Assembly (NCBI GenBank): GCA_965637545.1
Contig: OZ281501.1
Span: 15,004,001-15,068,000 of the forward strand
Direction of reading: 5' to 3'
Source of the DNA: Phallusia mammillata
Lineage: Eukaryota
Length of the DNA stretch: 64,000 nucleotides
Positions 23,701-39,019 of this stretch are shown piece by piece (the first letter of the stretch is position 1; each line of letters begins with the position of its first letter). The translations under genes were made by a program, and so were the position numbers. The notes beneath the pieces are model-generated. The model searched no databases. It was not told the origin of the DNA and saw only the letters and a list, made by a program, of their open reading frames with translations.

Positions 23701-25890
23701 GTTGGACCTGTGACGTCAAAAACAAGCGCGTTTGCATTCTAAAACAATGACGACGCGACTCGATCGAGCAATCCAGCAACATAAATGGAACGACGGACCA
23801 CTGACGTTACTCAGGAAGGTGCCAGTATGTAAAGAAGCTTATTCAGGTATTGTGCAAACTTGTCTATTGTTAATGTAGCCCAATTACATACAGGCATAGA
23901 AGTACTTTATCACGTTATCCTGTAAACTATGTACATTACAACCGCAAGTGTGGTTCTGGGTTTCGTGCTCGTGGGGCCGGAAACTTGGATTTAGGATTCA
24001 AATAATGTTCGTTTTGTCTTTTTCACTAACACACATTTGTAAATAAGTTTCATTGTTTGGTAATTTCAGTACTTATTCTACAAATATAACATAAACATAC
24101 ATTACAACTTCAATGGTTTTAAATTGACGAAAAATTTGTTACTTTGTAAAAAAATGTTTTTTTTTACTCTCAAACCTGCATAAACAAGTTGACTGTGACA
24201 GCGATTGCGTTTAATTACTAAGGCCCGGGCTGTATGTAACATACCGATGCAATTTGACATAGGTAGGTTCAACACTAGGCACATATATAGTGACAATGAA
24301 ATCAGCTCTGCTTTAAATACTGTTTATTTAGTTTGTAGTAAATTTGTTTATTTGAAATGTAATTTGTAATTATCATAATTAATCAAGGCCTTTACCAAAA
24401 CAATTACGTTTTTATTGTTTTTTTAATTGTACCTACTCCTATGAAAGTAAAAATGTGGAAGTAACGAGATAAAGTTGTGTCATTTCACCAAGCAAATATC
24501 GAGTAGCAAATAGGAATATACTTTTGAAGAAGTTACTGACATGGGTTCGAACCCGGTCTCATATATGTTTGTAGCTTTGGCCCTCTCTGAAGAAAATTAT
24601 ATTTTGTTTAACTAGAAAAAAAAAAAACTATCCGAGCCCAGGTGTAAACAAACCTATGTGGCCATATTGTAACATCTAACAACATGACACAAACAACGTA
24701 ATTCTGTTGGGCAGCATACGGCCAGGCAGGTTATTACGTTGTTGTGTTGTTACAGTATTACATTTTCAGGGGTGGCAAATGCTAAGTGTGGACGTAGCAA
24801 TTAGGTTTGTCACGTTTGCCAATCGAAGCCAAAGTTCCACTGCTTTTGGCATGCGTTTGTGCAAAGGTACGAAGTCCTTACTGATAAGGGCATGGAGCAC
24901 TTATGCGTATATTGACTGTGGATAACTTGTTTGCGAATGCAGATATAACAACCTGGCACTTCCATGCACTGCTTTGCCCAATTAAAACCTTGTAAAGGTT
25001 AACGAACTTATTTTACTGAAACTGACATTGTGGTGTAACTCCGCAACTGTAAACGAACGCTGCTTTCATGTCAAAATTTTATTTCGTATCTGGTTGCAGT
25101 GCAATTTATGTTTTAGTTAAAAAATGACACAAACGAAAATATACTACAAAATATTTTTGTTGGCAAACCATTTTCACGGTGTCAGTCAGTTTGAGGTTTA
25201 TCGTGTAACATACACTTTTTAGCGATCCGCTATTTATAGTTTTGGAAGGCACTAAAAGCAAAAGCAAATAGTAGAAAAAGTATAAGTTTTTGTAAAACGA
25301 AATGTACATTTTGATACCAACCAAATATTGCGACAAATAATGCTGGTTCCATTTTTATCTCACTATAGGAAGCGACTGTTGTTAATTCCGTGTATTTTTA
25401 GCGTTGTTAAAGCAGTTCATCACGTGGTGGCCTTGTTAAGCATGAAGTGTTTGTGCAACTGAGGGGGAGGCTTATCTCGATCGTGACCTTTCACCCCCAG
25501 CGATTATCGGTAGTTAATGATGTAACAATAGCGAGCGATTGACGCCCTTCGGAAGCTTGACGTGGGAAATTCACACCGACGCAAACAGTGGCCTGCTGCA
25601 AACCAGGCACGCTTGTTTGCCTTTTAACAACAATGTGTAGACAAATTTCCATGAATTTTGATTGACAAGTGAATGGCTGAAGGTAGTGCTGGTTTCCAAA
25701 TTTCTGGACTCCAAACGCGATAGTTTGCAGTTTAACTGGGGAAAGTTGCTGTGCTTATTGTATAGTCGCATATAAAGCAAAAACACAGAAACTTGAGATG
25801 AGGACAGGTATTTTATGAGTTCTTACTAAGGTGCTTTGGTTTTTGTAAGCAGGGCAACCACAGCAATCGAATGTGAAGCACTACTTTTAA

Positions 25891-26000
25891 TTACAACCCA
25901 ACACACAAATCCGAAAAGTTTTGTGTCATCTTGTGTAACAAAATTTACAACCCAAAACATAAATCAAAACGTTTTTGTGTCATCATGTGTAACAAAATCG
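25891..26000. repeat. Tandem duplication, period 54 bp
   Basis: ttacaaccca...ttttgtgtcatc.tgtgtaacaaaat occurs twice. Confidence 0.7.
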
Positions 26001-29000
26001 TTACACTTGATAAGTTGCACTTGTCTTTGCAAAATCGGTTGGCTTCAAAATCCCCAAAATCATATTTCCGTTCCAAGCGTGTAGGTTGGTAAAGGGTGCG
26101 GTTTCTAATCAAAAGAATCACATTTCAAAAGATATGCATCATAGCAAAAATATCAATCCCATTCCGACCACCCCGCACTTAATTACTAAATTTTCCGCTG
26201 CAAGTTTCCTTTCTAGGCGTCAAAAGCTACATTATGTTGGTTGACTGTAAACGCCATGGACCATTTTGATCGAGCGAGGTTTTAAGTAGCTTGCGACCTG
26301 TTAATGCCAGCGGGCCTAGGCTATTGCACTTTGGTGACAGAATTCCGGCTATGCTGGACTGAAGCTGTCTACAACGATTGAAATTTTTCCACTGATGTTT
26401 AAACACTTGACCTCACTCAAGTAACGAATTACAGAGTTAGTGGCTGGTGGTACCGACTTTTGATTTTGGATGGTTAAGAGTGAATGGGATTCCAATTGAT
26501 TTGTAAAATTGTCCTTAGCAGTGTCATTGCAATATGAGTTTAGGCAAACGGTTTTATCTGAATCCGGTGTTTTTGACTGTGGTAACTGTTGAACTGTTAA
26601 CTTTGATAATGTAAACAAGGTAGAAAATGTAGGATGACGTAATCATTGGAAAAATTTGTTTTCCAAATCTTTTAATAGTAATGCAAACATTGAAATTTTA
26701 CAAAACTTTCCATTTTCTTTTAAAATTATGCATTAAAATGTTGGGAAATGCAGTTTCTTCACTTGGAAAAAATGTGGCAATCGATTTCCAAATGTCAAAA
26801 ATTTTGAGCAAAAATGCAAGACTTTTTTTCCATTTGTTTGCATAAACGGCAGTAACACTCAAGTTGCGCAATAACTTTTTGGGTGTTGCACCTTACCACA
26901 GCTAAAACTTGCTGCAAAGTTTGAGTGCGATTTCCAATGCAAAGTGCTCCTAAATTCGAATCCGTGCTCTGGGATAGAGAACACACTCGCGAGAGAAAGA
27001 GAAGAGAGAAAAAGGCAAAAATTGGCGTGACCTCTGGGTCAAAACGCACCAGGGAAAAAAGACGCCTTTCCTTCTCGGGTTTGCACATTCCAAGCGCATC
27101 CCGTCACTAAAATGAGTTAGGTGGGTTTGGAAGCATCTGCAAAGTATACTGGATTGTTTAGAAATTTAGGTTCTGTTATATAAACTGCAGAGAGGATTAA
27201 TGTCAAGCAATATGTGATAGGTTTCAGATGATATGCTATGAATGCAAAAAATGTGTATGGTTTAGGATTTGTTGCGACTTGGTTTACCTTTTTGTCCGTC
27301 CCAAAAATTCTACGTTTGTGTGTAGTGGTATGAGGGGTTCATAGAAATCAACCTATTTATGTTGTATATGTTGTTGGATTTTGCAGTTTTCATTTTATTG
27401 GATATTTTGCCCTTAGCGGAATCATACCGGAAACAGTCGTAAGCAAATCCTAATACGGTTGAGATTTCCAGCCTTTTGCACAAATATGTTTGCGCAATAC
27501 AGTTTTGCCATCAGCAACTAAACCACGAAGAAGCAAGTGCCCTCAATGCGCAATGGTCACTTTAAAACCTTGTTTCGAGATCAGGCGACATGCCTTGGGT
27601 AATCTAGTTTATCCCTGCAACAACCCTCTATACCTAAAACCAAACGAACCGAAGTAATTTCTAAGAAGGGAGCTCGAAATTTGAAATTAGCAGAGAATTT
27701 TTTCAGGCGATTTTTGGAATTTTAGTGATTCTGGTTACTTAAAACTTAGATACAGGATACCTTATTACGTCACTGTCCGAAATTCGTGTTTACGAAACGG
27801 AAATGAAATCCATGGAAAGCAACGTTGGGGAAACGATTGTGACGTAATGTGCCCGCGCGATACGCTTTTCCGCGGTCATGACGCCATGTTGTGATCAATG
27901 GCACAATGATATATGTTTTTTGTAGTAAAGTATTTTAAGTTATTTTTTTGGCTTAGGTAGTAACATAACATGACATGCAACCATTACAGCAATCATGCTT
28001 TTTTTAGGTTGGTTTCAACCAGTTGCAACCTCACTAAAATCTTTTGTGTTACTCAAGGGGTTATGAAATTGTGCTCCTGTTTTGCTTGTACCTTTTATTT
28101 TTAAGGTTATCGTCTAAAAAATTATGAAAGGAAGCTTAAAATATGTGATTAGGATTTTTTTTACAAAGCGCAAGCTGGCTTGCTACATATTGTTAATAAA
28201 GTCACTTACAAGGAATCTTATCTAGAGTTTGTTTGAGCAACAGTTTGGCGGGATTAGTTTGTGATGAAAACGTATATTTCGAATTCGATCAAGGGGTAAT
28301 TGAGGAAAGTAGTTGAGTACCTCTGTCAAAAGGGTACACAAAATGTAACTTTCGCTCATAAAATTTACATTTAACGGGTTTTTCATACACTTGACTCACC
28401 AGCTATACAAGAAAAATAACCGAAAACCTATTCAATCGTTGTAGCGACTTCAGGGGTTTAGTACAATAGTTCGGTAGTAACAAAATACGCAGCTTTATAG
28501 CATTTTAGTTTGACAAGGAACAAAACCACACTGGAATTTAGAGCTTGTCTTGTCGCCGGCGTCGCCAGTTATGCGTGTAATACCCCGCCCCTCAGAAACG
28601 CGTGTTCAAAGTCAGAAGTTGTGCGTTATGACTGATGGATTTTGCAATGCCATTGATTTTTGCACCCTTTTTGCGAATATTTTTAACTTCAAATTAGGTT
28701 AAAGTTAAATATACCAGTTTCTACAACATGGCTGTAGAGTGTAGACATTATCATCATGGCTATAAATCTACGCTCACTCAAGTCGGTATAGGCTGCTGCT
28801 CCGGGTCATTATACGCCATGTTCAAGAACATGTTTTATAATCTGTTCAAAGTTATTATTTTTTAAGTTATAGATATAGATGTCCTGGTGCTTTTGCAACA
28901 TGCGGCGATTTCAACAGGAGTAACAAATCGGGCATTAGGCGTGTTGTATAACCTTAGTTCAGAATATGCTTACCAAGCCAAAAAAACAATTTAAAATATT

Positions 29001-32000
29001 CATGCGGAATTTGCAACGGAAACTTTTACATACCCAGTCGATCTTCATACGATTAAGAGCGTCATCATTTATTCTTTTGTTTTGGCATGAAAGGTGTCAA
29101 AGTAAATTTCGATCTAAACCACTGACCTAGACATCCTTTATGCCCTCGGCCTACCAGTAACGCTGAAAACTGTAACATTAGCCCGGTTGCACATATAACT
29201 GTTAATGTGATGTTGCACCGTCATCTTTAGTAAATTTATTCGGTTTCGGACTGAAATTTTGTATTGATTTTAGTACTCATATATAGGGCTTGGTCATGCT
29301 CGATTATAGAAATCATATCACCTTGTACGATTTCTATGATCCAGCCCCGAGGCAAATTTGAAGAATTGGAAGTTTTAACCGCAAAATCCTGGCATAAGTC
29401 CACTTTTTACCGCACCTGAACATCACAAGGCTTCCCTGGGCTTGCGCTAGGCACCCATGCGTGTAACACCGCCAGTGGCTTAAGGAATTTGCCTAAACTT
29501 GTCCCGGATAAAAACGATTTTTAATCCTTTGTTCACAAACTATCGTTGCGTGAACTTAATCGCAGCATATTGTAAAATCTTTCAGTTCTGTGTTAGGATC
29601 ATTGTGTAACGTAAAGAGTTTCGAAATTTTGTACAGCTAATTACCTAATCCTAAATAGATGCCAAAATGGGCGTGCCGTATGGTGACCGTGTTTTTTGTG
29701 ACATCTGTTACAATAACAAACAAACAAAATAAGCGCATTTGGCACCTCAGTATTAAACCAATTTAATTTTTGAAATTAATGCAATTAATTTTGAACTGTT
29801 CAAATTACCAATTTACGTAGGTTTTTTACCAATTTACGCCTTTTTCCGTAATTTAGTAAGACTACAAAATGTTACAAAAATAAGTTTGAGAACATTTGTA
29901 GTAGTATTTTTGCAGTTGTGGAATCTTTAACTCCTGTTTCCCCCATTTGATGTGTTACATTTACACACACGTTGATTTGGCCTTGTAACCTCCGCCAAAA
30001 TTTGAAATACCAGGAATGCAACAGACAAAATTTCTACGTAGCCCCGCCCTTGTATGTGGAACACCGAGGGATGCAATGCAGACGAAAAAGTCGGAAACCA
30101 GAGGTACAAGCTTCCACAGGTCGGCCTTAGTTCGCCGTCGGAACGCTCCAGTATTTTTTCCTGCACCGACTCACGTTTTGCAGCATTCGGCGACGTCGAT
30201 ATGACAACTTGCTCATTGTGTGCCCGATGCCGGTAAAAAAGGCCAATAGGACGTAACAAAAGCGAATGCGACCCGGTCTACAAGAGTTCTTTGGGCCCTC
30301 AGGGCATGCCAAAGAGGAGTTAAGATAATGACGCCCTTTTTATTGTACTTATGCGCCGGTCTCAAAAGCCAAACGTTATTTATTTTCGCTTTTATTGCTG
30401 GAATGGCTCGGAGCCGTGCGAAATCAAGTCGTTCCTTTTCCCAAATGTCGCTCCCGGGGCGACTGTAAACCAACCTCTTGCCACCTTAACATCGTAACTC
30501 ACTCCTCGTCAAATTACGCGCGCATTTTTTCACCTACAATGCCGGTTGCACAATTCCCGAACCCCGAGGTCAAGCCGCGGCGAACCTGCGCACCGGTTCT
30601 AGTTAAAGGTTAAAGCATTGCTCCACGCCCGCAACAATTTGGAGTAGCGTTTTCGAAAGCTGGAAAGGAGGTTGAACTTGACCTTTTTGCGAATGATGGT
30701 GGCATTTGTTTGACTAAAATGTGGCGAAATAGTATTGTTTGGTTACACTGTTCATAAATGTAAATGCGATCTTAGTTTAAAGTTGTATTAAAGAGTAGAC
30801 AGCCCAGACAGAACGACAGCAAGATTACCTTTTTGCAATGAGATAAATATTCAAATTTGTTGTAAATAGGTGGCCATAAACTTTATAGTTTGAATGAAAG
30901 GATTTTTGTTTTAATTGTATAACAATCAAGTCAGGAAGGCTCCTTAAAAGCAAACATACATTTCATTTTTACAGTTAGGTGTCTCATACATTTAGCAAAT
31001 GCCCACAAAGCTTAAACATTGGTTGTGGCCTTCAATAGTTGTAGCAACCAAAATGCGTTATTTGGCAATGGTTTGCATTTATTACACTAATTAAAGCAGC
31101 AGTGAATTTCGAGACGTTTGACAAGTAGTATTATCATTATTATTACGGCCACATATTTAAAGTTGCAATCAGTTCCTTTAAGGTTTTGATTCAGGATTTT
31201 TGTACAGCACACCAGAGAATAAAAAATAACTTTTCGTGACCGTTGAACTTTCGACCGCTTTAGAGTTAAAAACCTAATCTCCGAGAATTGTTAATAGTTC
31301 GTCTTGTATTGATTGTTTCCATTGACAATGGGTTGTTTTGTATGTTGTTTATTCTTATCTTTGAGCGAAACAAACGACAGAAACACCGACCAAACTGACT
31401 TAACTTAGGTGAAAGGTCAATGACGGAAACAATTATTCAGCAGGGCGTGTTTAGTGCGTCGCCATGACTCAGCAATTCCACTGAAGCAATAGAGCAGGGG
31501 GAATTTCGTGTAACTTGGTTCTGGCAGCACATTTCCACTCGCTTGATGCTCGCGTGACAGAACTTAATGCCGCTTTTTCCCTTTCCCGGTATCCTAGTAA
31601 ACGCCATTATGTGCCAGATTTGTGCCATGCTATCACCCCATGCTTTTAACGACCCTCTTCGTGGAAGAAAGCACTTTCTAAATCAGCGTCTAGTTAGTTT
31701 CCAGCACGATTCTCCGGGCTTAAGTGATCTATTCGGCCCAATTTTCTACATTTGGAAATTTAATTTTTGTCCCTTAAAAAGTTATTTTCGAAGTTTTTTT
31801 AATAACCGAGCAGAAATTTGCGATATTTCAACACGTTTAATAAAATAGATCGTCATTAATTCCGAAAGGGCTTTTTCGTCATAAAAATATTTCACATTCC
31901 ACTATTACGTCAACTAGCGCAGGTACTGTTTGTCCGAATTAATTGATAAAATCTGACAAATGGGGAATAAGGACACCTTAAGCACCAATAAATCAACAGC

Positions 32001-35000
32001 AATTATATTACTAAATTTACAAAGTGTGACCCATAGTTGTATGTCGTTTAATTTGCTCATTGCCTCCAGTAATCTTTACCACAAACCGCAACGAAAAATG
32101 TTACACAAACCGCGAATAAACTAAGTACAAAACTTGCCATTCCCTGACTTATATCCTGCCATTGATCTTTCAATAAAAGTAATTGCTTTATTTTCTGCGA
32201 AGCCACCCGATAAGTGAACTTTATTCCTTGCGTATTCGCTATACACGTTGCTTTCGAGCAATTCTTAAACATGAGGCACGTTTTTGCACTTTCACATGAA
32301 ATCGTGACGCAATTCTGTCCCTTTCCAATCGCTATTAAGTTGTCAAGGGTCAAGAAGGGAAGACCGCTTTGCGAAGGGTATTTACAAATATCAAGATCTT
32401 TAGGGGTCAATCTGGCCGTAATGCCATACAAATGTCAAATAGTGGGTTCGTATTACACCCAAATGCTGCAAGGTTAATTGTTAACAGTTGTGTGTTACAT
32501 TACTGTGAATATATTATTAGTTTGTTCTTATAAGTAACTGAAAAACAGTTCGTAGATTATTATCATTGAAAAAGTTTTTAATTGTCCGGTAAAGTTTTGA
32601 AACGGATTTGTGTGTCTGACAAAAAAACAGCGCGACTTCGGCACGAAATGAAAATGGGGGGCTTGCAAAATTATTATTGCTTGTAATTATGTTTCTTCCA
32701 CATAGCAATAACATTTTCTAGGGACTTGGGTTAACATCAGTTCTTTTGCCAATAGTCGATTGAATTTTCTAAGAAACAGATTGGCATGCAGTTGTGCGCC
32801 TCTTGCAAATTTTGTCTTATTCCTTTTTCTGCCAGAAACACTGACGTACAGTGTTTCGAAAAAAAAATCGCTAGGTCAATTGCGTCTGCGCATTGTTACG
32901 CCAAACGAATTTAAATGTGCCTACGTCTTTGCCGGATCTACGCTATACACCTTAGCAGTATGTGCAAAGTCCTTCCGGAGTGTATAAATGCAAATTGAAG
33001 ATTTTTGCTGTTTAAATACAGCCCAGTAACAATGCAGAGCACTATAGTGGTACAAGATTGTAAGGTCAACGTATCTTGCGTTGCAACAGAAACTTGTACT
33101 TGCAGTAAAACTTTAGCCCAGGCGTATGATTTTCAGATGTGTAAACAGACTATAACATATCCAATGCAATGTGTGGCTTGAATGGAGTTTAGAGATCAAC
33201 TGAAAATTGTAAGGGTTAATGGGCAGAACTCTACAGTTAAGAAATAATGGTTGCTTGGTGGTGATAGGGAGTGGCCAGTTGTCAGCGTTGCAATGCATAT
33301 CATCCAAGGCATGCAGTTTGGTCAAAATGAGTTAAAATAATTTGCGGTAAAGTTACATTGCTTATGTCGGTATCTTAGGGTGTGAAGCCTTTGACACATT
33401 TTAAAAAATGTTTTGATATTGTTGTTGTCATAGTCAAGGGGGGAAAGCCGCGAATGATTTGGTGGAAATTTTCCCTTAGGTTTGAACAAATGAATGGGTA
33501 TTAATTCACAAACGATGATTTCCGGTGGAGGTTACGTCGGGTAATGGCTGTTTGCAGGCACATTGACGTGAACCAATGATTAAATGCAAGCATAGTTTTG
33601 TTTTAAGATTTTGCGATGTTCACAGCGTGTGAAAGTCGTATAATTTCACGAATGTAATTGAGTGTAGAATAAAGAAACCATAATATATTTGAAATAGGAT
33701 TTTTTATTTTTGGCAAATAGTCGATAGTTATGCCTAGCATTTGGAATGCAGCTATTCTTCACCACAAACGAGCAGCTTTTAAGTGAAAGACTTGTCAGCG
33801 CGGGTTTTGAGTAGGCTACGTCTGCTACAAGAAAATAAACCAATGCCTAGTTTTATGCCATAATAATATCAAAGAGTTTTTCCCAACTGATATGTGTATC
33901 AAAATTCGAATTATTTTAGCAGGAATTACAAAAAGGAAATACAAAGTTAAAAGTTATATAGTCGACTGTACTTAGTTAACCAACAGCAACCAAAACATTA
34001 CGTAACTTTTAGACACCGCCTACGAAAATTCCACTTTACCATCGGCGACATACAGTTCCAACTTTGTTGCCCATCAATTTTCGTGCCTTTACGCAACCCT
34101 TGGTTTTCGGGAGCTCTCCATGGCTCTATCCTATCATATCCTGATTACAAACTGCACGACAATGTCACCCCCCATTAATCTTGTCTCAATTTTCTGTCCA
34201 CATTTCCCGTGCAGTCGTTAACATAGGCGCTCAAACGCCTCGCCGCCGTAACTACTGTTTACATATAGAAACGCTTTGGGTGCACTTTTTGAAAGCCCGT
34301 CAGTTCAGCGTAGCTTTAGATTGCGGCGAGAACCTTTTTTCATTGTTGTTGTTAGCTTAGATTGGCCTGTCACCTGCTAGATATTGTCCACAAATAGGTA
34401 AATGGTCATAATCTGGCCAAAGTATAGCGTGTTTCAGGTGCCTAATTACAGCAATTCGCAGTTACATGGTGTTTATTTGACACTCTGGATTTGACTTTAA
34501 ACCAGGGAGTCACAAATATAGTGTTTTGTGTGCGAGGCATGAGGTGTGGTACAATTTTTCATTGTGCATGACTCCAATTTATCCAAGATTGAGTACTCTG
34601 AGTTATCAGACAGCAGTTTTGAAGTAGTATAACAGTATAGTCTCATACGTTTTAAGCCCCGGTATAGGATTTTACCTTCATTCTTGGCTAGCGTCTAGTT
34701 AAGGTTAAACTATTTAAAATAACTGTGTTTAAAATTCACGCTGTACAAATGAAATTGAATGTAACATCAGCAGTCAGTCATAGTTATTTATGTGCACGCT
34801 TACTGCAAAAGCCAAACAGTTTAAAAAAGGTATAGCTGTGTATGCAGAGCTATACAGTTTTGGCCTATCCCATGCAATCTGTAAACTTCCCATGATAGAT
34901 AACAGGAAGGCGCAACTTTATAACAATATCCGTAAAATAGGATAAACGGATATTTTCGTCACGAATGGATGTGGTAAACGGTAATTTTTCATTTCCCATA

Positions 35001-38000
35001 GGTTTTGTATCAGCTGCAGTTTCAAATTGAAAATAAGGTTGTTTTTTTGTTTTACGCCAATGGTGTGTAGAATGCTACAAAATTATTAAGAAAGTATGGC
35101 TTTGAAACCAATGGTTTGCCGTGATTCGCAGTAGTAATTGCTGTAGCTTTTTTAAACTGGTAGAGATGTCATTTACAACCCCCTAATATTGTCGAAAAGC
35201 GGTTCATACAGTTTTTAGACCAAGTTCAGCCTTTTTCCAAAAAAAACTTCGAAATGCAATATTACCGTTGGCTGGTGATTATTCGAATTTGCAAAGTTGC
35301 TTATAATTAGCATTTTTACAATTTGACTTTCATGGTATTTATGTTACATGTTTGTAAGTTTTACCTTTCGTGTTGTTTATTTTTCTTGATACCCTAACAA
35401 ATTTGCATGGGGTTGAAAAAGTTTTCAAAATTAGCTAAGGTTTAAGATTCAATCAAAACGTTAATAACGCAATTGTTTTCGCTACATTTTTGTCCAAACG
35501 AATTTACGCTGAGAAACTAGTGATTTTTGCGCAACATTTAACCACAAATGTTTTACCCGAGCAATTTGTATTTTACCTCTACTGGAGCCGTCAATGTTTA
35601 AAAACACACAAACGCGATCGGGGTGCAAGAAAACAAATAACACTCACCTAGTTTGTAATCGTCAATATTTCGTATGTCACGTCAAAACCGCTAATAGTAC
35701 CAATTGAATTGTGTTGCTGCCAATTGGTTTCGGGAAAGCGAGGGGCAGATATTTGGAACCAACTGGGAATTCGTGATGGGAAAAGTTAGCTTTCTTCGAA
35801 AGACCTCAAACGTGTTAGATGGTGGTGCGACAAAGCAAACTGCAACAGATGTTGCGAAAAGGTTGCTGCTTTTATTTGTACGCAGACGAGTCAGTGAATT
35901 AATTTGCTATGGGGTATGCACTTGTAACTTGCAGTTATGGTTTCATCCACTAATTTTAGGTGAAAGGTTTCGGGTTTAAAGCCCGCTAAATGTTTTTTGT
36001 TTTAAATGACATGTTTTTGGATGATATTTAGTTTTACAATTTTGTTTTGTTTTATCTAAACAGCTAGTACCCTTTGACAAAAACTTTTTTAAACAAAAAC
36101 TTTATGCTAACAAAGTTAAAACGAGGTTACTTAAATTATTGGGATTCAAATTTGATTGGAAAATACCTTGGAAAAAACATTATCTCATACTACCGACGAT
36201 TTGTGTTTTCATTAAAGGTAAGTTTAAACTTTGCTTACGGTTTATAAAACTGCTCAATGAGCTGGATACCAAATGCTTTGCGTCGAGCTGTGACGTCACT
36301 ATTGCATGACGTAATCAAACATCCCTGTCGCATCTTACGTCAGATACAACCTGTTGGAGTTAAGTAAAATATATTTTGCAATGGTTATGCTTTTTTATTG
36401 GTGCTGCAGACTGTTTAGCGTCAGCTGTTATTGTTAACAGACCGTTGCAGGACGCCCAGTTTTTTGGGCTCATGACGGGTTGTGTTTTGATGACAGCGTC
36501 GCATCGCCGTCGTTTGGTTTTAATTCTCCACGTAAATGCGACAGGAAAACGCAGTACAGCTTCGTCAGCGTTTGCGCGTTTTTCGTCATATCATCTGCAG
36601 CCATTTACACCAGGTTTTGTGGCATTTTTTGTTGTTGCGAAACCATGATTTGTCACACCGTGGTGTCTGTTGATCACCGTGGATGCGAAAACTCAACAAT
36701 AATTATGATTAGGAACCAAATACATTGCGTTTTATCTTGCTATGCTGCAAAACACTGATCATGCAGGCGATTCTTTGTCATCCAATAATGTAGTGTATAC
36801 TTTGTAGGATTCGCTCTTAGCATGTTTATTGGGTTTACGCAGTTGCTCGAACGATATCTTTCTAATCGAAAATAGACAAATGTCTTCTTGGGCAGTTACT
36901 TACAATAAACCATGCATAAACAGATGCAGTCGATTTCATAGTTGCTGTTGATTAATATTTTGCAAGTCTAGAGTCTAATGTTTGTAAAAGTGTGCCAAAG
37001 ACCTTTATTATTTCAATGCAGAGTTTTGGGGTGGGTGGCAAGACTAATATGGGTTTGGGAAAATTTGGTCTTAAACTCGCATTCAGCGCCCTACAGAAGG
37101 GGCAAACCCTTGTTAAGCATAAGACAAACGTTGACGCATTTGTAGATTAGAAGAAGCGTAACCATATAGCAGCAACCGAAAATATAATCCCAAAAACGGC
37201 AGTCTGATGATGTGTTACGCATAGAGTATGTTTCTATCGATTTATATGCAAAGTTGCTACAACGTACGTTGAATTATTAGTTCTGCCGTCAATGCAACAG
37301 TCAATTAACCCATATCCTACCCGTACGTTAGGTCCAATTGAAAATGTGAGCGTTTTTGCTGCTGCGCAAAACATCGCTTCCTTCCGTTTGTGGTAACTGC
37401 TGCGTTTTTGGAGACAGCTAGGCGTTAGTTTGGATTGCACAGACAGTCTTCATATGGCTGTTGCTGCGATGTTGACGATATGTTATTGTCTGAAATCGAT
37501 GTTTTGAAAGCTAGTAGCGTTTGATGGCAGTGGGCACAGCGATTGCATGTGGAATCGCATTTAAATCAAATCATCGTTTGCATTTGATTTGAGCATTCTA
37601 AGTCAAACGAATCGACTGGCACTTTAGGTTCATGCGTAGAACACGTTTGAAGCAAAAACTAGGATTGTGTTAAAACTAGAGACTCGATGAAAAATCCATC
37701 AAATCCACACTTACGGAGAAGCGGCAGTTATATTAATGGTTTGGACAGTCAATCATAGTAATCGTTAACAAATACATTTGTGTACCAAATTACACATCAA
37801 CAGTCAGTTTAACGTTGTAAAGCGGGTTCTCAAGCGCACGTTGTACGTTCATCTGTGATATGTTTGTTATTCGATCGTAATTCAAAAACAGGCGCTACAA
37901 ATTGACCAAATTTGTCAAAAAACGCGTTTCATTTGGCTGCAGTGAACTTGGCATTCTTGTGAAACCTGATGAAAGTTTATTTCGTCCACAAACAATATAA

Positions 38001-39019
38001 AACATCTAATGTCAACTGATAACCTTATAAGAGTCAAGGTAGAATTTTAGTTTTGTGAACATGTGTTTTGGTTGGATCGAACATCGCCTGTACATGATGT
38101 GTTGTCGCAGGTAAAGTAAAGGTCTTACCTCAGACGTATGGAAAAGTGGGACACCAAAAGACAATTAAAAAGTCCCAGCGCAGGTGCAAGAGAGCAAGTG
38201 GTGTCCTTTGAATGTCCGCAGGCGTTTCGTACGAGCCATGCGCAATTTGCACCAGGAACTTCGCCTGGTGTTTTCAGGCTTCCAAACTACTGTTTGTAGC
38301 AAGAACTCGAATCTAGAGGTTAACCGGTTTCGTGGGAAAGCTGTTAAATGTGTTATTGTATATTATGCTGGGGCGAATGTTATTTTACATAATAAGACAT
38401 TGAATCAAAGAAAGGGTACATACAAAAGGTAGAGTCTGATAAATATGAGCTTAATGAGTTTAATATATTAAAAATTTAGTTTAAAAATTTGGGACTGAAA
38501 AGTTATATAGGCAAAAACATCAGAGTTTATCGGGTAGCTTAGTGAGGATTGGGTGTTTAATATTTTGAACTTGCTTAGATGAAAGTGTTTCTAAATGAGT
38601 CGTTGTATGCGAAATATTTTTTATTAAAAACAAGGTTGTTTTGTGTAAAGTATTTAGCAAAGAGGATTTATTTACTGATGTTTGAAAATTAGCTTTTGCT
38701 TTAAAAGTGTATCAAAATTGTTTTTTAACAAATTAACTTTCATGTTGTATTGTAAATTTTACGAAAACGTTAAAAACTTATTGTACAAAAAAATAGTAAT
38801 AAAAGTCAACGATACGGACACCATTTTATGTCCCAAACCAGCTGCCTACAGCACTGGGCATGCAAAATGGCGTACGGCAGTGGGCCTTGCGATCACACGA
38901 GAAACAAGGCTTCTAAATCTCGAACGCGGCCATTAATTGTGATTGTTACGTGTACAGTGGGGAATTGTTGCAACGACAATCCAAACAATTAGCTTTGTTG
39001 CTTGACAGAAGGCGTTGTT

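Noticed and set aside
24544-24553. tRNA B-box-like GGTTCGAACC (similar weak motif near 5729)
   Set aside because: No cloverleaf or properly spaced A-box; at most a SINE remnant.
28866-28902. VIDIDVLVLLQH, resembling the DTDV motif of XPG/PIN-like domains in some transposons
   Set aside because: The frame is short and broken; too little to support a call.
31865-31880. AAAGGGCTTTTTCGTC resembling the 5' end of U11 snRNA
   Set aside because: Similarity stops after about 15 nt; no Sm site or stem-loops follow.
25561-38338. Two perfect Su(H)/RBPJ sites CGTGGGAA (25561 and 38331) upstream of Ikaros
   Set aside because: About one is expected by chance in 64 kb; they are not clustered or paired.
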